From the NCBI GenBank assembly GCA_965202585.1, contig OZ241829.1, forward strand, positions 66,774,001 to 66,838,000: a stretch of 64,000 nucleotides of DNA. The letters run 5' to 3'. Of this stretch, positions 39,098-53,300 are shown one piece after another. Within the stretch, counting starts at the first letter, position 1. Each line of letters begins with the position of its first letter. The notes below the pieces were generated by a model. That model searched no databases. It was not told the origin of the DNA and saw only the letters and a program-made list of their open reading frames with translations. This DNA is from Thalia democratica. Its lineage: Eukaryota. A program made the translations under genes and the position numbers.

Positions 39098-39867
39098 TTC
39101 AACTTCAAGAAACTAAAGTTTTGATTAAAATTCTCTTGATAGATGTTAACTTCTTTTCTGTAAGTCTTGTACTTATATTCCTTTCTTAAATAAAACTTTC
39201 AAGCTTTTAATGTTTAGTAAGTACAAACTAAAATAGAATGCTAACTAATTAAATCACAATATTTATACACATATCTTTTATTCAAGTTTAACTAGTATTA
39301 TCGTGTTTTTATTTTAGAGATATTGTATATGTAAAAAAATATTTTTAAAATTTTGTCAGCTGATGTACCCAACAAATTTACAAATGAATAGAAATCAAAT
39401 TGAAAAGTAGTCCAGGGTTAATAAAAAGCAGTCTTTTATTTACTCAACCTTGAAATTATTAAAATATAACAAACAAAAGTTTTACGCTTCATTGCTCATT
39501 TGACACGTGAAATTTTATTATTTTACCAACTGTGAAGTAGTTACTGTGCGTAGTTGTTAAGAAAAATTAAAAAAAGACAAATGTGAGAGCAGACATCTTC
39601 TTATCGTAAGTTTTATTTTTACAGACTTTTTAAATCATGCAAAACAAGTGAATGATTTATAAAAGATTTAAATTTTGTCTTTTACCTCAAGTTCATTTCA
39701 TTAGCTATAATTTTTATAAAAGTGGGAAAATATTATCGTTCTATTTGTAACGCTTTTACAAATCACGAAATAAGCTAAAGAAGTTTATATATCTTTATTC
39801 TAAATGCATTACATATTTACCTTTTTATTTTGTCTTTTATGTAATTTGAACCAACTAAAAACTTTAA

Positions 39868-41600
39868 AGTGTAAGTAGACACCATTTGTAAAAAATAAAA
39901 TGAAAGAAATGTACTAATAAAGATTATTAAAACTAATCTTCGGTTGCTCCTTATTCTCTGCAAACTACAAATACTAAGTTGAAAGTGAAACATTTATAAA
40001 ATGTCAAAAACTGTTTAAAGCCAAAATTTCATTAAGCTATTAATAACAAGCAACACAAAAAGCTTGAAAATTCAAAAACTAACAATGCTACTCAGAGAAG
40101 GAAAAATACTCTTCTGATTAAACCTTTTTAAACTCTAAACACTAGGGGCGTGTTAGTAGGCTTTTTAAAGTGGAAAGTCACAATTTTTTTTCAGTTTAAA
40201 AACACAGACTATGTTGTAGCGTTTCTTAGGGATAGTGTGAACAAAAATTTTTTAAGTTAAACTAATATTAACTAATACCAGTGTTTGTTCATAGATATTT
40301 TTTAAAAGTACGCCGTTAAATTTAGAACTAAAGTTATAATAACTCTCTATGAATTAAATGTTAATTACTAACAAGTTAAATATTTTACCGTATATTTCAT
40401 TTACTTTTAAAATTTCACTTTATAGTAATCTTAAATAAGAATAAGCATTAACTACCTTTTTATTAAAATCTAAATATACATAGCGGTTGTAATATTAAAC
40501 TTTAGTATTTAATTACATTTAAAGTTTAATGAAACATAAACTATTTTGGTTTTTAACCTTCATATTTTTAATTGAAAAGTTATTATTATTTAATTATAAC
40601 TTTTTCACAAAGAACAAAATATGCTAAAAAAGCTTTTTTTTTATTTAAATACTTAACTCACCTTTTCATTTTGTGAAAAGTAACTTATTAAGTTAGAAGT
40701 TATTATCTTTTATTTAATAACCTTTTCACAGAGAACAAAATAAGCTTATAAGCCTATTTACTTATTTTAGGAATGTTTAACTCATCTTTTTATTTTGACA
40801 CTTTTTTAATTTAAACCAATTAGAAACTTGATAGTGCAAGTAGACACCATTTGTAAAAAAAATAGTTAAAAAACAACAAATAAAAATAATTTAAATTAAT
40901 CTTCTGCTGACTTATTTTCTTCAATAAATAAAAAATATAGAATTAAAATGGAAAAGTAGTAAAATGTTGAATACCTTATAGAGCCAAAGTTTTATTAGCT
41001 ATCAACTAGAAAAAACACAAAAAGCTTAAAATTATCATAATAACCAACAACACTACCCATAGAAGAGACTATTCTGATAAAATAAAAATAAATTCCTACT
41101 TTAAACTCCAGGGGCGCATTACTAGGTTTATTTAAGTGGGAGCTAAAATTTTTTTATTTTTTTCAATAGCATTATATTTCCATTGCAGCTTTAAATAAAA
41201 AATTTTATAAATTAAACTAACTCTGTTGTAGCGTCTGTTAAGTATAATGTAAACAAAACTATGTTTAATTAAACTAATATTTAAATAATACCAATGTTCA
41301 TTTATTTATATACTTTAAAGGTTAACCATTAAATTTTAAAACAAACTGTTATAATTTCCATTAACTAACTATAAATTTTTGACAAGTTTAATATGTTACA
41401 ATAGGTTTTATCTTAAACTTGCACTACTTATTTTATTTAAACAATTTTAAGCATTAGGTATCTTTAGTTACAATATAATGTAAACTTTTTATTTTTAAAT
41501 GTTTTGAATTACTTTATAAAACTTTGAGTATCATTATAATAAATAGACTTTTTATTAAACTTTAGTATTAAACCATCTTTAAGTTTAAAGAAGCATAAGT
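39868..41600 (+). repeat. Old diverged direct duplication (~39868-40545 and ~40834-41600)
   Basis: Colinear shared anchors: AAGTAGACACCATTTGTAAAAAA, CACAAAAAGCTT, AGGGGCG...TAGG...AAGTGG, TGTTGTAGCGT, ATTAAACTTTAGTATT. Confidence 0.7.
40579..40797 (+). repeat. Two diverged ~120-bp tandem units
   Basis: GTTATTAT...TTTTCACA(A/G)AGAACAAAAT...TTAACTCA(C/T)CTTTT...ATTTTG repeated at ~40579 and ~40699. Confidence 0.55.
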
Positions 41601-43995
41601 AATTTCAGTAAGACAACACTGATTAACATTTCAATCTTTAAGTTATATGTTGGTCGTGTAACTAAAATGACTTGATCAGTTTATTGTGAACTTCAAGAAT
41701 AAAAAACAAAATCAGAAAAACCTGAAAAATATATGAAAAATAAGTTAAAACCTTCCGGTAGTCAGCTAAAATGCAACCCATATTCAAAGTGTTAATTATT
41801 AAGATTAGCAAAAATTTCTTTCACATTAGCTTATTTTCTGATAGTAAGCATTATTAGAATTTAGTAGCTAATATAGAACAAATTGTATAACAAACTCAAC
41901 TAGTATACTTCCTAAGTTTGCTACATTCATAAGTGTATACTTAAAAGCTAAAAAAATAGTGTTATTCAATAATCTGTTACTCAGCATAAGACAGCTCTAG
42001 TTTAACTAAACTTACTCTCAATTGTTAATAAATTAAAGCTAACCAGTACCATATTTTTGCATGTGAAAAAAATAATATTATTTGATCAGTTTTAATAATT
42101 ATTAAAAACATAATTTTCAACTTGTAAACTTAAAGCTAGTACTTTTAAATAATAACCTCAAGAAAAGTAAACTTAAAACTAAGTCTTAAGGTATACATAA
42201 AAGAAAAATTACCAACTTTTTTTTTTCAAAAGTAACCTTATGATTTCAGCTTTTTTCATGACTATTTACAATTCAAAATATACATATTAATGAATTCAAA
42301 TATTTATATACAAAACTCACTAACTCTTTAATAACAACTATACAACTATTTGAACACTAGGGGAGTTTTTAAACTTTTATGAGTGAGGTCTTGTGATTTA
42401 TTAAAGGGTAAAGAGTATGTTATGTAGTATTAAGTTAACAATTAATACAATGAAGTAAAGGTATACTCCTTTTTTTATAGTATCTGATTTTTATTTTATT
42501 CTTTGACTTTTTCTTCCATTATAAAAATTGGGAATATAGTTTTTTTTTTAAGTTGTTCAGCTGACGAAGACATTGTTATTAATAACTTACTATAATAAAA
42601 AAAATATTGAAGTAGTTTAATACTAAAATACAAAGAAGTGTCTAGAATTTTTTTAGTGGGGTTAAACATTTTCTTTTTTGTAAAATAGATAATTTTGTGT
42701 ATTAGCATCTGGTAAAACACTTTTTAACATTTCATAACTGTCTACTACATGACTGTCTAAAGTTTCTCAGGTACATAAAAATGTTTAAACTTGAAACAAC
42801 TGAAAAAACTAGTAAAACAGAATGCAAAACTTTGAAAGTAAAACAAACTAATTAAAGTTCTTTAGTTTTTAGTAAAACAACTAACATATAAACCAAGTCC
42901 TGTTTTCATTGACAAATTGAAAATTTTGCTATCATTTTGATGCTAACATGAAAAAAAAATGTTTTATACATAAGATACTAAAAATTAAGTACTAATCAAA
43001 GCTAGTAGTTAAGTTATCTAATAGAAGAAATATTTAACGTTATGTATTTAAGTTACAATCAAAAAGTTCCAGTTGAAATAATTTTGCTAATAATCAAATT
43101 TAAATTAGTAACTAGTTATACTTATGAAAACACACTAATTTCAGAAGTGTCATACACTTTTATTAAGTTTTAATTTTAGTTTGTACAATTTAAAGTTTGC
43201 AATAAAATTATCTTAGTTTTACCTTTTTAAGAATATAAAAATAACTACTGGGATTATATTTGTCAAAGTTGAGTATAATAAGTTGCATATAAAAGAAGAA
43301 AATTAAAAATATTTTTTCACTTAAACCTATATTTTTCTTTGGTTCTTAACCAATATTTACCTAATCAAAACAAACGTTAAAGAATTTTAAGAAACAGTTG
43401 TTTAAATTTTTTTTTAATAGTTTTAATTTTAATTTACAAAAAAAAAGGTAATAAAATTATTTATAATCATACAAGGTAACTTTCTAAAAAGTTTAGGTCC
43501 TAAGCTTTAAAAGTTGAATTTAGATAGCTTCGTAGTGATATCTTTGTATGACATTTTAATTTGCCCTTTTCATAAGATTCTACAGTACTCTTTGACTTTA
43601 ATAGCTAAAATCTATATAACTATAACAAATATATTTTAAGTAGACAACAACTTTTGTCAAACATCAGTAAAATAAGTTTAACTCTAACCTTTTTTTATGT
43701 TTTAACTTACTAATCTAATTACACTTTTTTATTAGCTTAGATATGTTGTAATTAAAAATCAAATGAAAAGGTATGGCATTATAACTTTCTAGTAAACTAC
43801 TGTAATCATATTATATTTGATATAAAAAGATTAAAACCCTAACTCTTCTTTAAATTAGAAACCAAAATGACAACTACATAATTTAATTAACTAAAAACTA
43901 ACAAAACATTTAGAAAAATATTTGGTTTTATAAGTTAATTAAAAAGAATATTAATCATAGGGTATAAAATAGAAATAGAATTTAAGTGACTAAAA

Positions 43996-45376
43996 CAGGG
44001 TTGCAACAGATCATGCTAAAAAAAAATTCCTGACTTTTCTAAATCAAACTCTTAACTTAAACTTATTCTAAAATACATAATCTAACACTTGTAACTATAT
44101 AAAGCTTTTTATTTAATTTTAACACAGGTTAAAAGAACAGCTTGTTTTTGCTGAACTCAATCATCAAACTTCCATTACATCACTTGAACCATCTGTGTAT
44201 TTGCAATTAACAGCCAACTAAGCAAAATACTTGTATAGATACTTTATAAACGCAGCTTGTTTGAAAAAGACTAAATTTTTTAGCATTTCCTAACATAAAT
44301 GTATCTTTAATAACGAAATGACATATAAGGAACTTTTACAATTAAAATCTTGAATTAATAACTAACTTTCACAACTAAAACCTTAAAACAATAATGAACT
44401 TATACAACTAAAACTTTTAAAAAATTAAGAACTTAATTAAACACTTTTTTTTTAAATATGTACAAAATTTTATTTTCTCCTTCTCTTATTATCACTTCAA
44501 CCTCATCATCCAATGAAGATCTGGTTTCCTTCATCTGGTCTGCATCCCGCTTCAATTTTTGGTAGTTAAAACCATTTTTCTCATTTTATTGAATTCGTTC
44601 TCATCTGCTTCCGTTACATTTGTCGAAGATAATCTTTTCTCTAAATCTAGCCACAATTTGTGGGCTTCATTTCTTTTCTTTTCAGGGTTGCCACTCATTT
44701 TTCAAAAATTTTTACAAGTTTTTAAAAGTACACATTTTTGGGTCTATTTTTATTTAAAATTAAATTTGGGGTAAGAAACTGTCCTAAAAGGCATAAAAAC
44801 ATTGAAAAGTTACTGCAAAGCTACTTTAAGTAGGTTTATTTATAAAAAACATATTTGATAATTACAAAAACTTTTTATTTATAAGATAGATTTTTTGAGT
44901 CAAATCAAAATTTTACTACTTACCATGCGAAAATTGTTAAAATTTCAGTTTTTTTAGCACTTTTTGTTTTGTAAGATTTTTTCAAACAATTCAAATTCCA
45001 GGTTTTTCCAGAATTTTTTTGCCAAACTAGTCAAATTCTAGGTTTTTCTAGGTTTCCAGGTAAAGTGACAATCCCGTTTATACCAGATGAAGGCATTGGA
45101 ATGAAATAGTTTTGTAAATTTCTAGGAAAATTTTGCAACTTTAGTCTGACTTTAAAGGGTTTCTAATTAATTTTTTACCATATAAAGGCTTTGAAAAATA
45201 TGGGATTTTTTAAACTTAAACTGATAAGGTCTAACAATTTTTTTATTTTGTCAAATTTCCTGACTTTCCCTGACTTTTTTCAAAAGACCCTATTTTTCCC
45301 TGACTTTTGTCTTTTTTTAATGATTTTCCTGACTTTTCCTGGTTTCCTGATTTCTCTTGACCTTGTGGCAACCCTG
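43996..45376. mobile_element. Non-autonomous TIR DNA transposon (hAT-like CAGGGTTGC termini) with 6-bp CTAAAA TSD
   Basis: CAGGGTTGCAAC at 43996 and GTGGCAACCCTG ending at 45376; shared CCTGACTTTT subterminal repeats; CTAAAA at 43990-43995 and 45377-45382. Confidence 0.7.
44683..45076. mobile_element. Nested related MITE
   Basis: CAGGGTTGCCAC at 44683 and degenerate GTGACAATCCCG ending at 45076, CCAGGTTTTTC subterminal repeats; interrupts a coding-like sequence on the minus strand. Confidence 0.6.
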
Positions 45377-46139
45377 CTAAAAGAATACTTTTGTTTTTAA
45401 TACCAATTTTAAAAACAGATATATGATTTTATGCAAAATACATTCAAATTTTAAATATTCAATTTTAGTTTATAACTAAAACAGACAATTAAAAGACAAA
45501 ACAAGTTCTGAATTTTTTGTTAATTTCTAAAACTAAACCATAAATTTACATTAGACTTTAACTACACCATTTCTTTTAAGTATTTTCTAAAAATTAAATG
45601 TGTATTTTTTATTTTATAAAAAAGATAACTATACTTTTTTTTATTTATCTACAAAAATCTTTTATTATATAAAAAAAAAACTTACATGAATTGGATTCTT
45701 AGCATTGGAAAAACAACAGTTGTATTGGTAAATTTTCACAAAATTTAACTTGAATATTTGATTTTATATCTAAATAGCCAACTAACTACATTTATTTATT
45801 TTTTGTTAAATAGGGTATTCATCTAAACTTGATGTTTCAATAGTTTATTAAATGATTCCTAAAAGAAAATCACTTAGTCTGACCCCCATACTCTCATTCT
45901 GCATTAGTTAATATTCCAATGGCTGTTCTGATAGTTTGAATTGAAATTATATTTTATTATATATTTTTTAAATGTAAATTTATAATTGAAAACTATAATT
46001 CTGAAAACTAAAATGAAATTCAAACTATACTTTTGTTGCTTATATTTATGGTTATGAGATGAAATTACTTATTACTTTTTATTTTTGGCTTATTTCATGT
46101 ATTAAATAATAAATATGATATGTGCGATACTTTTGATAA

Positions 46140-47915
46140 AATTGTATATATACATATATATATATAAAATAAGGTTAATGTTTAAACTTAAACACTTTCA
46201 ACTGAGCCCACTTTTCTGCGTTTAATACGCGTCTTCAGCCAAGTTGTATTCAATGAAAAACAAACTTGTAAGTACAGCAATAAAATTATACAAAATTAGG
46301 TATTACGTAATAATAGAATAGATAGTTAATTTTTGACAAAATTATTAACAGAAATTTTAGATAAATTGTTTTCGATAATGTATGCAGCCAGTTTGTAATT
46401 CGTTTCTTTTGTTTAGAGATTCAGATTTTTTAACTTTTAAAATTTCGATTTTTTCCGCATTGCACAATTTACATCCGTTTTTTAAATTATACTTATTTTT
46501 CGTTCTTGTTAATATTTCCCACTAAATTTTAAAATTGACCTTGTAATTTTTTAGTTTCCAAATGTACTGCGATAATGTTGTCGTATTTTTATGTTTTTCG
46601 TGTTTGAAGCTGTACTTGTGCTTTGTGTAGCGATTCTTGAACGATAGTCCAGTCGAGCCGACATAAAACTTGTCTGATTTTCAGTTATGACTGTCGCTTT
46701 ATATATAATATTTTCCATTAGGCAACTTCCATTTACTGGGCATTCTTGTTTTTTGCAGTCACACATTCGCCTCTCTTTGTCCTGCGTGTCTAACATCTTT
46801 CGATTGTGTGCCATTATAAGTTGTTTCATGTTTGGCATGCAGGAATAGGACACTTTTAGTGTCTTCCTGTTAAAAACTTTACAATATGGATGGTCTTCAG
46901 TAAAGTTTTTGTCCACAATCTCTAGGAAGCGCTTCCCAACCCGTGTTGCCACACTTTTGCAGAATGGAGCATTGAAATATAAAATATTTTATCTCCTTCT
47001 TTTCTTGTTCTTACCCTTCTCGCTTTTGTGGCTATAGGCTAACTCGTGATCGTACCCACTTTCTCTTGTAGCTTCCTGGTATTGCTGGGTTGTTTCCTTA
47101 AAAATGCTTTGACTGCTAGAAATCTTATGGAGGCGGTTATTTACTGCGACCGGTATGTGTTTTAAAACATGCTCTGGGTGGTTTGACTTGCTATTCACAT
47201 AAACCATATGTGCATTTGGTTTTCTATACGCCTTATGGTTTTCATTTTGAAGATCTAAAGTTACATCTAAGAAGTCTGTTACAAACAGATTAGCTTCAAT
47301 AGTGACATCAAAACCAATGTTTTTAAAGACTTTTCTTAGATGTTTGACTTTTCTCTCCATATCTGGACCCGGTAGAATGTCCACCACTGCTAAACCATCG
47401 TCACGATATATACCAAAGTTACCATCTCTAAAGATTTTTTCCTTCTTCAATATATCTAAAATATATAGGCCAACCAGTTTGCAAATTTCTGCGCCATGAA
47501 AGCTTCCCATTGGTACATCAAAGCTGTTCTTGTTGTGCTTTTTCGACTATGGTTCACCCTCGTGGAACAGTACTGATTTGCAGCAATGTCTGATTAGCTC
47601 TTTTTCATTCTCCGTGATTTTAGTTAGGCCTGCAGCAAATTTGAAGGAGTTTTCCAAAATTGTTGCTGAGATGGCTGGATAAAAGCTCACTATATCAAAT
47701 TTGATAAACCTTGAAGTTGATTTATTGCTTAAGCTATTGAACCACTTCAATACCTCATAAGTATTTTTCCATTGTATTAAATTACTTTTTGATCTTATAA
47801 GATTGTTGATTTTATCTAAATTTGTTTTTGCAGGTTTGCCATTAAATGTTTTTGCCGGATTAATTATTCTACAACTTAGTTTATTTTGGAAGTTTGGTTT
47901 ATGATCTTTTAAGGC
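46140..47915 (-). mobile_element. Penelope-like retroelement (Neptune-type), 5'-truncated, frameshifted
   Basis: DHKPNF...CRIINPAK; KFDIVSFYPAI; PMGSFHGAEI...GIYRDDGL (RT); TDFLDVTLDL; KVSYSCMPNM...CDCKKQECPVNGSCLMENIIYKATV (Cys-rich linker and GIY-YIG); TA microsatellite at the 3' end (~46146-46166). Confidence 0.93.
46198..46238 (-). ncRNA. Candidate variant hammerhead motif in the Penelope 3' terminal region
   Basis: Minus strand CTGAAGA-C-GCGT(ATTAA)ACGC-A-GAAA-AGTGGGCTC-AGTTG; core and helix II present, helices I and III imperfect. Confidence 0.35.
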
Positions 47916-50388
47916 ATATATTTATACTGTTTGATACACAAGTACTGTTTACCAGCAAGACATTTAGACTCTGTTGTTTTTAATAAACTTGTAACGATTA
48001 TACTTTCTATATATAAAGTATTCTTATAACATTTTAATATCTTGTAAGAATATTTAGTTAAAATTATTTCAGATAGTTATCAAACTAAAAACCAAGTTTT
48101 TAAAGGTATCTGAAATATTAAGATTCTGTGTATTTTATAGATAAGTTTGAACAAAGGTTTTAAACAAATAATTCTACTCATTTAAGCTACAATTGCAAAT
48201 ATATTTTCTCTATTCAAATAATATAAAAGAAAACTGTTAGTCAAATAGAAATGCAATATTCCATATTGAATATTTGAATTTTTAGGTCAACTTGCAAAGC
48301 CATGGAATTTTGTTGCCGAAATTTTCCTATCACTAAAAATATAATAGAACATGTTGAAAAGACTAGCTTCTATAAAAACAGAAACCATAATGTTAAAGAA
48401 AAGTTGTCAGTGGCAAAGTTCAAGCTTTTTTAACCCACAAAAAACTGTTTTGAGTGCAAATCTATGTTTTGAAATTTCAAACATTATTATGCAGAGCAGT
48501 GATGCAATACAATTAAGTGTTACTTAAGGTTACGACGCAATTTAACAAGCAGTAAATTTAAGTTAAACAATGTTTGTTTTAATTTGTTTTCATTTTGTTA
48601 AAGTTGTTTTAAGAGCTAACGTTTTAGATATTGTTTGAGATTTTTTCATAGTTTTACCTTTTTATAGTTCAAAATTAATACCTTAAACTTAAAATATTTT
48701 GAAATAATAAGTACATTTTACTGTGTTTTTATCAATGTCAGAGAGAACAATCTTCTAAGCATAAGTCATATATAAACGTTGTTTAAATTTTAAGTTTTCA
48801 CTAATTTTTTATTTCTCTATAAAGTTTTTCAATAAAAGTCTTTAGAAGTAGGTATCTTTTAAATAAAATTGAATTATTTGTTTTTCAATTTAACCAAGCA
48901 TCTTTGAATGAAAATGTTAAGTTATCATAAAAAAAATTATATTTTTCTATTTAATGGAAAAAATTCACTTACAATGTTAAATTATCATTATTAGGTACAT
49001 CTTATTATTAAAATTAATCAATTTTTGATCTAATAAAAGCAATCAAAAATACAATAGAAAAATGTTTAATACACGAAAAGTTACTGTACATTTTTAATCG
49101 ACTAAAAATAAGAAAAAAATCTAGTTGCAATAAATATGCACAAAATTGCATTGCTAGCTTTTTTTAAGCTTATTCTCTCACTTCTTAAACTATTTTCTTT
49201 TGTTTACTACAGTGCGTGCTTTACAACTCTCTCATTTACAGCTTTAATTACGACAAAAATAAACTCTGGTAAGTATGACGTGAATGAACTTTTTACAACT
49301 TAATGAAAAAAGCTATTGTAAAACTAAGAGGTTTTTCTAATATTGTAAACAAAAAACAGTATGTGATTTGGTCAAAAATTAAAAATTAAACCCTTTGAGT
49401 TATAAAAATATTCGAAAATGGATTTTTAAAACACTTTTAGTTTATTAATTTTGTATTAAAAGTTTTCTCAAAGTTGTGACACATTGAAATCTTTTCAAAG
49501 TTTATACATACTTTTCTTCAAAATTAACTTATAAAACTATGTCATTTTTTACGTTGTTCTTTAAAAAGTATGAACCAAACTTTACTTTATATAAAAGATT
49601 TAGAATAAAACTTTTGCAAAATATTTTAATTAAAACAATAAACAATCGCTTGTTAATTCAATTTTTGTTAATTCAAATTTTTCATGGGTCACAAAGGAAA
49701 CCTGAAACCAATCAAAACATGATCTGTTAAAATATTTCTAAATTAAATAAGAATGAATTAGTTTTTTAAAATATTAGTTTAATGTCATTTAAAATTCTTT
49801 TTATTTTTCCTATAAAATTTAAGTTTTTCCTTTTATAACACTTTAAGATTTTTTTAACAAAAATGTTTAGATATATTTTTTTTTATTTGTAAAAATAAAA
49901 ATGTTTTTTAGAAAATAATGAATTTAGCCTTCTTATAAAAAAATCAAAATGATTAAAATAATAAAATAGTAAGAGTTATGTAGTAGTTTAAAAAAATTTA
50001 AGTTGTACTAAGAACATAAATACTGTAAAAGATATAAGTTTTTAGATGAATAATTTGTTTAGGGTTTTTTTTAATAACTTTTTTAGAAATGGAGTCAGAA
50101 AACAAAACATAAAGTAAACTTTTACATATACTTTGTACACAGTAAATCTAAGCAAAAAAAAGTTTATCTTTAAAAATGAGCTTTATTAGAGTGATCTTCT
50201 TTCAAGTTTAAAATTAATAAAAATAAATTTGTTAACAAACTTATTAAAACTAATTAGTATTGTGTAAACTATATATAATTAGAAATTAAATACTTAGGAA
50301 GTAGTTTATATAAAAATTTACAAGTTTCATTTTGGCTCACATCAAAGTAGTTATAACTTCTGCACATAGAAAAACAAACATCAAAACT

Positions 50389-53300
50389 TTATAGAAAATT
50401 ATCAAATTCTCCAGATTCCAAGCTCTCTTTGTTCTTCTTCCTCGAATATCTGAACCCGATCAGCTTGGTAAAGAAAACTTTCCTGTCAAACTCCTTGCTA
50501 AGATCGTAGCACCTGCGCTTCCTGAACTCCCCGCACAAAACCTCCTCTCTCTCCGCCACCCCCGAATCGAACACCACGTAGACCCCTTTCACCTTCCTCC
50601 TTAGCAACGAGCGCGTCCCGACGACGAACTCGTCCTTCCACGTAGCGTTGCGCCCCCTGGCGACGAACTCCTCGTAACTGCTCCTGCCGAAGGGTGAAAG
50701 GTACAAAACAAAGCGGGTTCCACCACCGATGGCGTCGTTGAGCAGCTCGGTGTTCCTGTCGAACTCGCCCCTTTTCAGCCACCCGCTGAAGAACACATGG
50801 GCGAACCGACCGCTAGATTTAAGGTTTCTCGCTAAACTTCCCGCCCTCCTCATATATTCTGTCGATTGGTCGCCGCTGGACACCAGTATGACGAGGCGGT
50901 CTTTGGCGGGATCCGTCGGCATCTTGAAGTAGAAATAAATAAGCCCTGTGTGAATTAAATGTGTTTTTAAGTTTAACTGTTGTCAGTTTTTTTAGAAAAA
51001 TGATAATGTATTAAGACAAAAAAAAACAATTTATAATCTATCAACTTTTTTTTATTCATTTATCTTAACGCAACAAACCTACAGTAACAAACATGATCAC
51101 AGCGCAAATTGAGTACAATAAAATGAGCAAAGTAGAATATTGAGATTCCTTCTGCTTTGCCTCTTCATCACTTTGATCATTTACTTTAATGTAAAAAAAA
51201 TAATCAGCATATTTATCAATAAGGGTATGACTTCAACAAAAAGAAACACGATAAATTTTTTAGTAGTGATATTTTTTTTTTTAATTTAAATTTTGTTATA
51301 TTAGTTTTTCTGAAATAAATGGGTAACAAACACGTAGGTAGTGTCCGAGTTATAAAGTTTATTTCGCATCGTTTTCCATTCACAGGGAAGTAGTGAAAGG
51401 TGATGAAGTACTGAATAGGCCACGCCGTCAAGCTTGCGTTTTCAAATTGCGGATCTCCCAGAGGATTCACGTTGAACACAAAACGTGTCTGAAACAATTA
51501 CTTTATTACAGTTGCAAAATTTCTATGACTTAATATTCATACAACTACTCGATACAGCCATGTGTGCTAGTACAAACCAAAGGTTTATACAGTGTTCTAA
51601 GTGACACAAAAGTCGTCTGGAATTTTTATAACAATAATTAGTGACGTCAGCAGGTTGAATTAAATTTATCTTATATTGGCTGTAATTATGTTTAAAATTT
51701 TTTATTAGTTATGTTAAACTGCAAAAAACTTTACAATATTAGACATAACTACAGTTAAGAGAGGTTCATGTTATATCAAACCCTAGATGGCGTCATAATG
51801 TATCGTCGTTTATACATTTGTATTATCAAATAACTAGTCTAACAGATATAAAGTTGTTAGATTAATTTTAAGTGTATTTGAATTTTTTTTTATAATGTTC
51901 ACCATTATTATTTTTTTATCTAGTAGAGTATGTTTGAGGTAGAAGTTAGTAGTTAATCTTTTATAATGCTGTTTTTTTTTTCTCGCTCTTTTACAAGCTA
52001 GTAAAAAATTAGAGTGTAATTTCAATAAAATTATATACAAACTTTTTTACTAAGTGATAAAAAAACTGTTCAGTTATAAAAAAAACAGGCTAAATACTAT
52101 ATTTAATCTTTTCCTTCATGTCTTAGACTAAATCAGAGGCTCACGGGCTAAACACGGCCCTCAAAGCCAAAATCTGCGGCCCGCATGGTATTTTATCTAA
52201 AAACATACATTTTTAAAGCCATAAAAATAAAAATAAATTAATAAAAACTACGCATTAGGCTCCTTATTCAGTAAATAGTTAACTTGTGCTTTATTATTGC
52301 GTACTTTATCTTATTTTTCGCTTAAAACAGTATTTTTATACTAATTATTACAACTATTTTAAAATTTTTACAGCCCTCAAAGACGTTTTTCTAAACAGTG
52401 CGGCTCACGAGCAATTTTTTTCCCACAAGTTACAAAAGGCTACCGACCGCTGGACTAAGTAAATCCTTTTTATTCTTGTTTAATTGAACTAACCTTTAAC
52501 CCTTTGTCGAATCTTTTTGGAAACGGGAAAAAGTAATAGGCCTTGTTACTGTCACTGAAAGTAGTCAACTGAACTATGAGACCTTTGAGATTGTCAGAAT
52601 CGTTTTGTGCGAGTTCTGTATTTGAGTTAAGTTAGTTTTTCACAAAATTATATCTTAGAAAAGATGCTTGTAAAAACTGTTTTAGTTTGAATAAAAATGT
52701 TTTTAAAAATAAGATGTTAGAGCTATTAAGATCGTAGTAAACAAAACAAATACATCGAAAAATTGCGTAGAAATTTGATTTATTTTAAACAAACTGTAAA
52801 TTAAATTGATTTAATTTAACTGTGAAAACATAAATATACCAAACTAAAAGGAATATAATGGTTACAAATTTATTGTAAAAAAAAAAAAAATTAAGTTAGT
52901 TTTACTATACAAAACTGCTGTTGAAAATAAATCAAGCTATAAGTAAACTGACCGACAGTGTAGTTAAGCTGTATGTACTCAACCATTTTTCCATTTTCAA
53001 TCGGCCTGACTAATTCTGCACTGCATCTATTGAAAGTTCTATCGAACCCTGTGTCATCTAAAACAAAATACTAAAGTAATACGTCTGTGTGTGACGATTT
53101 AAAAAATGTTTGCACTCAATGCAGACTTAGAACTCTAACAAACTGTTTTAACTAAATTTAAGTTATCTTATAAATTAAATATCTCAAGAAATTTCTTAAT
53201 TTATTCTACATATCCATTGTCAGTTTTTAGTAGACTTGCTTGTGATCAGCGTAAAAGTATAAAACATTCTTAAAGTAATAAATTTAATAAAATTTTGTTT

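Noticed and set aside
50389-50945. GC-rich exons (also 37381-37972 and 58450-58684) as horizontally acquired or bacterial DNA
   Set aside because: They splice in phase with AT-rich neighbouring exons, and the GC3 elevation is shared by several host genes.
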